DNA from: Vicugna vicugna
Taxonomy: Eukaryota
Direction of reading: 5' to 3'
Assembly: GCA_013265495.1 (NCBI GenBank)
Contig: MU058009.1
Coordinates: 250,001-314,000, forward strand
DNA: 64,000 nucleotides
Positions 53,270-64,000 of the stretch are shown piece by piece. The translations under genes were made by a program, and so were the position numbers. The notes under the pieces were generated by a model. It ran no database searches and was not told the origin of the DNA. It worked only from the letters and a program-made list of their open reading frames with translations. The first letter of the stretch is position 1. Each line of letters opens with the position of its first letter.

Positions 53270-53440
53270 CACACTTACTGATTCTTCTTTGTAGCTTGGA
53301 ATAGGTGACACTGGCAAATAGTGTATCCTCCTGGAATCACACTGTCCTCATCTGTAAAATGGGGGCAGGGGCTGTGCTGGGAGTAAATAAATTGGACGGA
53401 AGGCATCTGGCCCAGCTCCTGGTGAGGCAGGGCAGCTGTA
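53270..53440 (+). mobile_element. MIR fragment
   Basis: tcctcatctgtaaaatggggg core. Confidence 0.75.
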
Positions 53441-53984
53441 TTTGCTGTATTTGCTTTTCCCTCCCATGCCTCTTTCAGGTCTTTTCTACAAATGAGCAAT
53501 GATTTCTGAGTGGAGACGTCTCCCATCAGTCTTCTCAGGGAGGACTGGGAATCTGGTAAACTGGATCGGTCTAAGAGGCTATGAAGTTACCATGTTTCTC
53601 TTTAGGGGTATTGATATTAAAAAAAATAATACAGCAGTGGTTAATTTTTAAGATAAAAAGAGAAAAAAGAACTCATGATAGGATTTCAGGTATCTTTCCA
53701 TGAGATATTTTTATAGACGAGAATCAATGTCAAGCCCTATGATCCATATCAGATGGAGACTGTGACCCAAATTTTCCCGCCAACAAACTGGGACAGATGG
53801 TGTCATGAGCTCTTGGAGCTACTTCCAAGGGCGTGAACTGAATCTGAGAGTTAGAAGTGCGATTCCGAAGTAGTGGAATGTCTGGATAATTGGATGGTTT
53901 GTGAGTGAGTGAGACAGACTATGTGACGTCAGGAGAGTTTCTCCAAACAGCTGCCACCCACAAGGGGAAACACTTCCGCATCTG

Positions 53985-54215
53985 ACTCTGAGCTGTGGGT
54001 CTGGGGCTTCCAGTGCATTTTACAGACACGGGCTCTACGTGACTTTGGGCAAGTCACCAGACCTCTTGAAACCTATGTTTCTTCTCTGCATAATGGGAAG
54101 CCCAGTGGTGCCCTATTAAAGAGGGGTTGGGAGGGTAACAGGAGACTTGGCGTGTAACGCCCCCAGCACGTGCTCTGACACTCAGTAGTGTTCAAGCAAT
54201 GCTAATGACTAGCTA
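53985..54215 (+). mobile_element. MIR SINE
   Basis: gtgactttgggcaagtcacc...tttcttctctgcataatggg...ccagcacgtgctctgacactcagtagtgttcaagcaatgcta. Confidence 0.8.
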
Positions 54216-55129
54216 GGGTGTGAGCCGCGGACCACCACCATCCAGGGACCACGGAGACCTGGGAGTGTGGATCTGAAGCACAGGAGCCGAAAATAAGGGT
54301 GCTGATATCAGCCTCTTTTCCGTTTTGTCTACGAGCAGTGAAAGCCCCAATTAGGCTCCATTCAGCGGGCCTGGCAGCCTCCTCTCTCTCAGGAGGTAAA
54401 CTTGCTTACGGAGTAGAAACAAGACGCAGTCTTGAAACACTGGCCAGGCCCCAGACTAGTGCGGACTGTCGTAGGCCTCCTGGGTCCCGAGGTGATTCGT
54501 GCCTGGCTCTCTCTGCGCAGATGGTGCCAAGAGAGTTGAGCAGAACTGTAAGACGCACAGCTGGGGTGGCGGAGAATTGGTGGTGGCGTGGGACCCATAC
54601 CACCTAAACCCCAGTGTTGGAATTGGGTTCAGAACACTTTAATCCCTTACCAGGCAAACCAGGCAAGTCTAACTTTACTCACTAATGACTAAAAAAAAAA
54701 GGAGAGAGAGAGAGAGAAAACACTTGAGAAGTAAATTCACTTCTTTGGGTAGGTCTCCTCCTCTGTTTATACTTCCGAGAAGGCATTTATGATGTCAGAG
54801 TGACTTATAGTTATCCTGGTAGGTGCTGAAGCTTGTAAAGGCCACCTAATCACTTCGCTTTGATAGTCATTAGTCATCTGCACCCATGAGGAATGGAAAG
54901 AGATAGCTGGTTGGTTTTGTGTGTGTGTGTGTGTGTATCTGGGGGAGGGTGGGGCTGGGAGTGGGGGGAGCACTCCAGAAGGTGGAGGAGCGGCTGGTCC
55001 AGGTCACTAGTGACCCTCAGCAGACCCAGGTTCTAGCCTTTGTCTCACTCCACACCGCTTTCCTCTTCTTCTTTCTTCTCTCTCTTTGCCCCCTTCCCTC
55101 CCTGCCTCCTTCCTCCCTTCTTGCTCCAC

Positions 55130-55450
55130 AGCTGAAGCAATATTACATACACAGTCCTGTAGCTACTGGGATGGAAAGAGATGCTGAAGGAAATAGAAAG
55201 ATGAAGGACATGGTAAATCCCTTCAGGGAGCTCATGGCCATAGATGGGGAGCTGGACCCACAAAAACGGCCAGTGCAGGAAGGACTGGGGAGGTGTCCTC
55301 GGGGCCGAGGGCAGGGGAAGGAGCCAGCAGCTCCGCACAAGGCAGTGAAGGGCAGGCGAAGGGCACACAACCAAACACAGAGCCTCTCTCGAACCCAGCA
55401 CAGTGAGGATTTTGTGCAGGAGGGCTTCCTGAAGGAGAGCGGGAGGTAGG
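55130..55450 (-). mobile_element. degenerate L2 fragment
   Basis: aagatgaaggacatggtaaatcccttcagggagctcatggcc...ggagggcttcctgaaggag. Confidence 0.6.
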
Positions 55451-56339
55451 AATTCCACGGGAAGGAGATGAGGTGGCTGCCTTATGAGAGGGAGAAGGGT
55501 TTCCCGGCACGGCTGCCCTCCCCACCTCCACGCACGCCGACGAGACGGGTTCCGGAGCGTGGTCTGTCCCCAGTGCATCATAACAGCAGTGATATTGGCA
55601 ATCTATACTTAATGAGATTAGATTAATAATTATTTTAATTACGATGTGCTTTCCTTCTCTCTTCCCTCTGCCAGGGCCGGCTTGGTGCTTCTCAGGATTA
55701 CAGTCATGATGGTAACAGATAAACCTTAATTAAAACATTCTAAAATACAATGGCTGAATTAAAACACTGTGACAGGGTCTTTCCATCTCATCTTGATCTT
55801 TCGCTCATGACGCTGAATGTGTCCCCACTGTTTGTTGTCAGCCTCTTGGCCGTGCAGAGCGGTTGAACGCACATCCTTAGGGGCCGTTTCCAGAGCCACT
55901 TCACACCCCTGGGGACCGGATGGCCATGTCGCCAGAGTCAGGGGTCACTGGAGCCTCCTCCTTCCCCCATGCCTCTTCACACAGCAGCTGACTCTAGTCC
56001 CCCTGTAAAAACTTCACCCCCTCGGTCCGCGCGGCAGCTTGTTCCCGTGCCTTCTAGACCAGGAAAGGCCATCTTCTCCGGCTCCACAGCCCCTCCCTGG
56101 GTGCGAGCACAGCCCGCCTCGCGCAGCCCCGACCGCAGGAGATCCCCCCTCCCTCTGGTCCTGCTTGTGGGCAGGCGTCTCTGCCTCCTGCCCCACTTTG
56201 AGCTTCCCCACTGCCCATCTGCCCACCCGTGCTTTCTGACTCATGGCTCAAGTCTAGAGGCAGGTTTCTGTGTATTGTGTGGCTTCTCAAGGCCGTCCCC
56301 AGACTTTTCACCGTGCGAGCGTCCTTTCATTATTTCACC

Positions 56340-56720
56340 CGTGTATCCACTCATTAGGAGACGCTTACGGACCATTCTAGGCGTTCTGCTTGGTGCCGGG
56401 ATTCAGACACAAAAGACCTCATCTTAGCCTCATGAACCTTATCAACCAACAGGAAGGGAAGGTTCACAGACAATGGGAGTCCTGAGGGTTTGAGGGAGAC
56501 AGTGCTGCCTGCTGTGATGGGGGGGGGGCGGTGGGGCACGGACCCAGGGGGAGGGCAGGGGAGGGACAGTTTCCTGGGCTTGTGACCCTAAGCTACATTT
56601 TGAAAGGCAAGTAAGAGTTACTAAGTAGATGATAAAAGGGGAAGGCCACCTTAGAAGAGAAGGCAACACGTTCAAAAGCAGGAGGGCCCCGCAGGGCACG
56701 GCGTTCCTGGAATTGCAAGG
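56340..56720 (-). mobile_element. degenerate L2 3' fragment
   Basis: tccactcatt...cttggtgccgggattcaga...cctcatgaacctta; taagctacattttgaaaggcaagtaagagtt. Confidence 0.5.
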
Positions 56721-57025
56721 AGAGGTGTGGCTGGAGGTGGGGTTCCCGAGGATGAGAGGCCAGAAACCGGCGGCAGACACAGGTAGGACACGCCTCATCT
56801 CGGGACACACCCAGGAGGGCTCAAGGCCATGAATGGACTAGGAAAGACCAGGCCGCAGAAAGGAGCTAATTAACTTATACAACATTGTCTCAGGTATTTG
56901 CCGGGTGTTGCTCTGCACTGGGCAATGAGCTACTTGTTTATTTTCTCTCCTGGCTTTCTCGCCAAAGCTGACTCACATTTGCAACCGAAAAATCTCTTTC
57001 TGATTGATACAGAGACGGAGGAATT

Positions 57026-57056
<31 letters not shown>

Positions 57057-57058
57057 AC
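57026..57058. repeat. (CA)n microsatellite
   Basis: seen directly. Confidence 0.95.
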
Positions 57059-57824
57059 CCACCCCTAATATAACAGCCCCAGATTTACTTAGCCCAAAGT
57101 TATTTAAAATTATTTTTATTTTTGAACCATTAAACCTTGGAAGTAAAGCAGTCGCACTCAGCTGGAAGCTTTCGTGTGTGGGGGAAGCCACGAGAATGGA
57201 GACCAAAGCTTCTAAAAGTCCCCCCAGCCCTTTGGAGTGGCCAGTCCTGGATGAGGAGCTCCGCGGCCGGTGGGGGAGAGGCCCCTCCCCCCGACCAAAC
57301 AAGACCAAAAAAATCCAGGAAAATAAACTAAAATAAAAGGGATCCTGGGCACAGGTTAAATTTGAGTGACAAATAATTTTATTTATGAAAATGTGAAGGG
57401 TAAAAAGACACATAACTTCTTTAAGAATAACTCCTGCGAATACATCAACACAGAGAAGCCCGAAAGAACTGGGGCTTTAAGATGGATGTTGCCCGCGCGC
57501 TCATCATCACTGTTGACACTTAAATTAGCAACGCTGGGAGCATCCTTCTCCCACCTGCCCTGCTTCTGCTGTCTGGCTACCTCCTCGCCCAGCTCCGGCC
57601 ACAGCCAGACGATCTGATAAGTGCATTTAATAGCCTTCCCTTTCCATTTAGAACATGATTGCATGCATGCTGTACATAAGAGATATTGACTGCAGACACG
57701 TTGTAGACATGCCTCTATGGAAATACTTGGGGGGGAGGGGAAAAAATTAAAAACAGGGAGGAAGCACTCATGGCCTCCAGTTGAAACTGCTCAAGGATTT
57801 GAAGCTAATGATGTTTTGGTTGCT

Positions 57825-57908
57825 TTTCCTCCCTTCCTCCCTTCCTTCCTTTCTCTCTCTTTTTTTCTTCCTTCCTTCCATCTTTCCTTCCTCCCTCCCT
57901 TTCTTTTT
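57825..57908. repeat. (TTCC)/(TCCC)-rich polypyrimidine low-complexity tract
   Basis: seen directly. Confidence 0.85.
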
Positions 57909-58440
57909 GCTAGGGGTTCTAAATGTCAATATTGCACTTACCACTGAACAAACTAAAACCATAACAAATGTAATAAAAGGAGAGGGTAAGCCTCCACTTT
58001 CTTTAGAAGGTGATTGGCATTTTTGAGCCCTAAAATGGTTGGGCCTTTATCTTGGCTGCGTCAGCTCATAATTAAACAATGAAGGAAGGAACTGTTACTT
58101 GCTTTGAATGTGTGGCATCAGTTTTCTGTGAGGAGGACGGTGTGTGTTTTATAAGCTCTGTTGCTGCCCCAGTTTCCTGTAAGGAAGGATGTGTGTGTAT
58201 TTTATATGCTCTGTTCTTGTCTCTGTCAATGCTGGAAGACTCAGAGATGACATGGTGGCTGTCACAGGAAATTCTTGCTTAATAACATGGAACACTAACT
58301 ACCCGAACCTCTCTCGGCTCCAAAGAGGAGCCAGGATGATGAGGAAGGAGGAGGCAAAAGCAAGAAAATGGTTGGATGGAGGGATTATTTTTTTCTCCCA
58401 ATCTTGTTTTTGTTTGGTTGGCTGTAAAGAAGCGATGTAG

Positions 58441-58442
<2 letters not shown>

Positions 58443-58491
<49 letters not shown>

Positions 58492-58501
58492 TGCGCGCGC
58501 G
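58443..58501. repeat. (GT)23 followed by tt gt(gc)4
   Basis: counted directly. Confidence 0.97.
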
Positions 58502-60185
58502 GGGGAGAGGAAGAGAGAGGAGTGTAGTGATGTACTGGGTACGAGTCGCCCCATCTTCAGCAGGTGATAAGCTGAACCTCTGTGATCCTGCTGGCAATGT
58601 CAACTACCTGTGATGTGGCATTTTAGCAACTGGAAAGAATCCTGGAAATAGTTAAGAAAGATGATTTTCAAATGAGCCAGTATGTTCTGCCAGTGGCCTC
58701 TGAAATGAACATACAGTGTAGGAATTTGCTGCATCTAGACTTGGAGGGACAATGAGTCACCCAAAGGATGAACTTCCAGCCTCTCATTTAGCATCCTCCC
58801 CAGTGCATGTGTGTGTGCACGCACGCACGCGTGTATGCGTGTGCGGGCGTGGGAGATCACAGGCTCAGCCACTCCAGCCCCTTCAAGCTCCCCAGAGGAT
58901 GCTTCCTATGTCCTGAAGCAGGAGACGCCTTCAGACTTTCTAGCTGCCGGTCTTGTCACCTGGCCTGTCTTACCTTGACACTCCCCGGTGTAGACATGTC
59001 TAATTATTCCATCCAGACCCTGCTTGGAGATTGGAAAAGATGTGTTGTTAGCCAGTTCCTCTGGTAGCTTCCATTGCAAGGGTCCAGCTTTTAGTTTTGC
59101 TTCAAGCTGATGCAACCAGCTACCTGCCTGCCTGTCACTCCTCTGGGGCTGCCTGGGTCTCTTCCCCAGCAGAGGAGATCCTAGGACTGACACGTTAGCA
59201 CCGAAGGCATCCTCTGCTACTCAGACTTCCCACTGCGGCACCGGGAATAGATCCCCTTGACAGGCACGTGAATAAATATGGGAAGACACTTGCTATTCAC
59301 TGCAGATGGCAAGCAGCACCTTAGAAGGCTAGTTAGAGAAACAGGACAGGGGTGTGAGCACCAACTGCAGTTTTAGTCCCTCTGTGTCTCCCTGCCTCAC
59401 TGTTTTTCTCCCGCTCGGACCTTCTGTCTAGGATTTCCCCTAAGCCGCTGGAGGAAGTCGGAGAGGGGAGTCTCAGCTGACCTCCAGGATGATCGCATTT
59501 TGGCATTATGTGCAGTGCAGTCTGTGTTTAAACTACTGACATCTTGGGTCTGTTCCCCTTAATTCATTTCCTTGCTAATCTCTTGCCTTCCTCCTCTTTA
59601 CTCATCACCAGGAACCTCACCCCAGCAGGGAAGTCCTCCAAAGCCTAAATACTTCACGGTTTCTTTGATTCTGGGGAATGTCTGAAAGAAATTAGTTCCA
59701 CGTAGGTTTTTTTTTGGGGGGGGGTCACCAATCTGAGAGCAGTGTTAGGGCAGGAGAAATGGTGCCTTTCCTCAGTGCACGGATCGTCATGGGGACTCCC
59801 CGCCTCCCCTGGAAACACTCTGGAAGGGGCCCTATGGGGAGAATGTTACCTAGTTCTCCTCGGGAAGGATGCTGGTTCATGCTTTCAGCGTTGGAGTTTT
59901 CTGAGCCCTGAGTGTCCCTAGGTAACCATCTGTGAGAGTCCCTTGGCTTCGAGGTTTTGTCCCTGTGAACACCTTTTCTGGACTCAGATGAATCCTCCAG
60001 TTGGCAAGGGAGGAAGTAGCAAGCTTTTCTGCCCAGTCTCTGAACGAGCTGAGGATGGGGCTTTAGAAAACCATGTCTACACTAAAAGAAGTTGCTGTTC
60101 GATGTTTAAAAGGACTCCATTCTATGACCAGCTGGTGTTATGAACAGAAACACATCTTTATGGTTAATAAAGTAATAACTGGGGA

Positions 60186-60374
60186 TTTTCTGTAAAATGC
60201 CTGCCATTTCTTTTGCCCATTTTCCATTAGGTGAACTGTCCTCATCTTGCAAATATTCTTCGCACTAAGTCTTTGTCACCTGTGTGTGTGTGGCAAAGAG
60301 CTCGTCTTGGTTGGGAACTTATTTTTCACTTTCTTTGCAGTGTCTTGATGAACAGAAGCTCTTAATTTGATGTA
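60186..60374 (-). mobile_element. inverted 5' segment of an old L1 (L1ME/L1MC-type)
   Basis: reverse complement reads tacatcaaattaagagcttctgttcatcaagacac...aaaatgggcaaaagaaatggcaggcattttacagaa (L1 ORF2). Confidence 0.8.
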
Positions 60375-61265
60375 AGAAACACATACGGCCAATAAGCACA
60401 TGAAGGGATGTTCAGCCTCATTAGTGATCATGGAAATCTGCATCAAGGGCAAATGAGCCACCATCCTCACTCCCTGGACTGTTAAAAATTGAGATGTTTG
60501 ACGATATCAAGTGCTGGGTAGAACGTGGATCTCCAGGACATTGTGTACATTGCTGGTGGGGGTGTGAAATCGTGCAGCCACTTTGGAAACAGCTGGCATC
60601 ATCTTGTGAAGTTGAACATTCAACTGCCTTAGAACCCAGCCGTCCCACTCCCGGGGATGTACTCAAGGGCAACTCCTGTAGGTGGACTCCAGTATACATG
60701 TTCGAGAACAGTCATATGAGCACTGTCCACAAACAGGAAAAACCTGGAAACCGTACGTACGTTCTCTGATAAGAGAATGAAAAATTACATTGTGTTGTGG
60801 GCTTACAATGCAATTGATGCAATAAGAAGCCTCAGCCGAAATGAACGCTAGCTACATGCAACAGTATGGATCAGTCTTAGTGACAGAATTTGAGTAAAAA
60901 AAAAAAGCAAAAGCCTCCAAATAATAAATATCACATGATATCCTTTGTATCATAATAAATAAATTCATAAGTTAATAAAATAAATAATACAATATACTAC
61001 AAATAAAATACACAAAATAAATAAAAGTTAAAATGAATCCAACACCCAAATACTGTTTTTTAAAGAAAACATGTAGCTGTAATAAAACTTTATTTGAAAA
61101 GGGGGAAAGACAGTAACAAACGCAGAGTTCAAGAGAGTGCTTAGCTGCTTTGGACAGAGGAAAATCGGGGTACGACACAGACTGACGTCAACGTTCTAGT
61201 TTTCTTGTTTGTTGGTGATTTAATGGACATTTATAGTATTAAATACATAAATGCAACAACAAAAA
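60375..61265 (+). mobile_element. old L1 (L1ME/L1MC-type) ORF2 end and 3'UTR
   Basis: ggccaataagcacatgaagggatgttcagcctcattag, gcagccactttggaaaacag-like, gctacatgcaacagtatggatcagtctt. Confidence 0.85.
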
Positions 61266-61269
61266 CATA

Positions 61270-62568
61270 ATATCAAATAACGCAGTTAAAAAATGACCGA
61301 AGGACTTGCATGTTTCTCTAAGGAAGACATGCAAGTAGCCAACAAGCTTATGAAAAGTTGTTCAATATCACCAATTATCAGAGAAATGCAAATCAAAACC
61401 ACAATGAGATACCACCTCACACTCACCAGGATGGCTACTATGAAAGAACCAGGAAATATAAGTGTTGTCAAGAATGTGGAGAAACTGGAGCCCTGGTCCC
61501 TGTTGGTGGGAATGTAAAATGGTGCTACTGCTATGGAAAACAGAATGGAAGATACTCAGAAAATTAAAAACTAAAACTGCCTTCTGATCCAACAGTCCCA
61601 ATTCTGGGTATATAGCCAAAAGATTTGAAAGTTGGGGCTCAAGGATATATCTGTATACCCATGTTCATAGCAGCTTTATTCACAATAGCCAAGAGATGGA
61701 AGCTACCCAAATGTCCATCTACAGATGAATGGATAAGCAGAATGTGGTCCATACACACAATAAAATACTATTCAGCCTTAAAAGGGTGAGTAAAATAAGC
61801 CAGTCACAGATAAAGAAAATGTGGTATACATATACAATGGAATACTACCCAGCCATCAAAAAGAATAAAGTAATGCCATTTGCAGCAAGATGGCTGGACC
61901 TGGATATTGTCATTCTAAGTGAAGTAAGCTAGACAGAGAAAGAAAAATACCACATGGTATCACTTATATGTGGAATCTAAAAAAAAAAAGGACTCAAATG
62001 AACTACTTATTATTTATAATTTAGATGACTGATTTCTTGAATATGTATGAGCACATTTCACTGTCCTCTATGATTGGATCACTGCATTCTGCTGATTCTT
62101 ATTTTGTGGTTGGCTTTATTCCTTTGATAACTATGTAAGTTTAAAAAGCTAAAGATCTAAATTGTTCTTAGAAAAAATGAACAGTACATAGATGTACATT
62201 TTAAAATAGTATTTATCTCTCAGTGAATTGCTCTTCCTAGAATAAACTTTGTTTACATTAAAAAAAAAAGCCAGTCACAAAAAGACAAATACTGAATGAT
62301 TCCACTTACATGAGGTATCTCAAGTAGTCAAATTCACAGAAATAGAAAGTAGAATGTTGGTTACCAGGGGCCGGAGGGTGGGAGGAAAGGGGGGGTGTTA
62401 GTGGGTATAGAGTTTCAGATTTGCACAAAATAAAAGAGTCTGGAGATCTTTTTTACAACAATATGAAAATACTTAACAGTATTGAACTGTGCACTAAAAA
62501 TGGTTAAGATGGTAAATTTTATGTTATGTTTATTTTTTTTACTACAATTAAAAAACACATTAAAAAAA
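61270..62568 (+). mobile_element. L1MA/L1MB-type LINE 3' portion with poly(A) remnant, interrupted at 61809-62267
   Basis: frame [15 protein letters not shown]; 3'UTR tagaaagtagaatg...ggttaagatggtaaattttatgttatg. Confidence 0.93.
61809..62267 (+). mobile_element. TSD-flanked chimeric retro-insertion: younger L1 fragment + non-L1 polyadenylated segment
   Basis: AAGCCAGTCACA at 61797-61808 and 62268-62279; ORF2 C-terminus IKKMWYTYTMEYYPAIKKNKVMPFAARWLDLDIVILSEVS; AATAAA 62241-62246; A-tract from 62260. Confidence 0.85.
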
Positions 62569-63344
62569 GGCAGGAGCCACACTGTAAGCACTCACTACAT
62601 TACTGCCAAATGTTCAAGAGAAGAATCTCAGGGTCAACTTAGCATTGAAAAAATGACTCTGAACTCCTAAAACTCCAACAGACCAACCTGGCCTTACCCC
62701 CTACTCTCCACACAAAAGAGATACGTAAGTGAACAAACACATCCATTAAGAAGCAAGTAAAATGAGCCACTTGTAGATTAAAGATGACAGTGTGTCATTC
62801 GTGGTTGTATTTGATTCAGTTATGTCTCAACCTGGCCACAAATACAAACCTTGCAGATGATCTTGATCTGGATGGAAGGCAACCTTGAAGTCACATAACT
62901 ACTGAGTTTTAGCGTGGAGGAGAGAGACTGGCCAGAGGGTGGAAGCTACAGGCCCTTCTAAGTCCCTTCCCCTTGACCCTGGGGCTGTTCTCTGGGCAAT
63001 GATTAGGCCAGCATTTTTGACTTAAGATTTGAATGCTTGTTGACTGTTTATTAAAGGAGGTAATGAAACTCACTGGATTTACTACCATCCAATGAATTCA
63101 CAAGTTGGCTCATCTAACAATAGACGAATTCATCCCTTGATCCTATTTAACTGAATGATCTATTTGGTAGCAACAAAGATCTTCTCCTCCTGACCTGCAG
63201 TGGAGTTCCAGGATGACCACACCACGGCCAAACTTGGAAGAGACCAAAGTTAGGTATAAAGAAGGATGAGAACGTCTAAATGGGTACAGTGACAACAGAA
63301 CCCTGTTTTGGATTTTGCGCTGGTTTATGTTAAGTATCCATCCA

Positions 63345-63888
63345 TTAGTGGGTAACTGCAAAGATGCCACCTCTCCTTAGACACATATCCTTTGCAATGA
63401 GCCTTTGCAGCTCTTTCCATCGGTGGGTGAAGTCTGTTTTCTTCCCCTGTGGATCTGAGCTGAGCTTGTGACTTACTTTGGCCAGTAGAATATAGTGGGA
63501 GTGAGAGTGTGCCAGTTCTGAGCTGAGGCCATTAGCGGTTCTGCATGCTTCCACTCGCCCCTTTGGAGCCCTGATACTGCTGTGTGAACAAGCCTGTGAC
63601 AGCATGCTGGGCCACAGGAGATATATGGCTCAGGCATGGCTATAATGACTGTCACCACTCAGACAACCACCAGATATGTGAGAGAGTTCATCTAACACTA
63701 GCCATTCCCCAGTTACCTCCAGGTAACTACAGACAGGTGACAGTCCAGCTAAGTTCAGCTGAGCCTGGCCCAGATGAGCAACATTGCCCAGCTGACACAT
63801 TAGCTAGGTGAGCAATAAGAAGTGCTTCTAGTTTTGCCAGCTACTGAGTTTGGTGTTATTTCTTATGCGGCAATAGCTAGCTGTTACT
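63345..63888 (+). mobile_element. MLT1 (F/G/H-like) solo LTR
   Basis: ctgcaaagatgccac, cttgtgacttactttggccagtagaat...gtgtgccagttctgagc, end cttatgcggcaatagctagctgttac. Confidence 0.88.
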
Positions 63889-64000
63889 ATGAGGATGAAT
63901 GAGAAATGTCTATGTGTATGTGTGTGTGTTTTTTTATCTTTAGAGAGCTTAACAGTCTAACACATATGAATCAACTTTAGAACAATATACGATAATAGAA

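Noticed and set aside
61286..61932. Functional L1 ORF2
   Set aside because: Only short C-terminal fragments with stops and frameshifts; 5'-truncated fossils.
62020..62100. Box C/D snoRNA within the chimeric insert (atgact/atgatt...ctga)
   Set aside because: No exact RUGAUGA box or terminal stem; AATAAA plus poly(A) fits a Pol II 3' end better.
63130..63330. CR1/L3 fossil
   Set aside because: Only a vague resemblance; no diagnostic motif I can support.
821..63811. ORFs of 60-207 aa in the six-frame track as host genes
   Set aside because: No recognisable protein family, overlapping on all frames, many inside repeats; consistent with chance ORFs.

Overview
Mammalian (placental) non-coding genomic DNA of roughly balanced GC, either intergenic or deep intronic. 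I found no credible protein-coding exon, RNA gene or prokaryotic feature; the listed ORFs are chance ORFs or decayed transposon frames. The window is a mosaic of ancient repeats (many MIR and L2 fossils, MER5-type hAT MITEs, MLT1-type LTRs, several L1M fragments) and microsatellites. Between them lie repeat-free, TAAT-rich blocks that look like conserved non-coding elements. I saw no Alu, B1/B2, Can-SINE, Bov-tA or PRE1, and one younger L1 piece resembles cetartiodactyl L1, possibly camelid (inference only). The most notable items are: (1) a TSD-flanked chimeric retro-insertion (young L1 fragment + non-L1 AT-rich segment with AATAAA and poly(A)) that sits in the homologous part of an older L1; (2) a ~295 bp palindromic element built of ~29 bp subunits; (3) a canonical REST/NRSF RE1 site; (4) an old L1 with twin-priming inversion geometry; (5) a solo poly(A) insertion with TSD. 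I cannot support a wholly new biological system from sequence alone. Repeat family names come from recalled consensus motifs, and boundaries are approximate.
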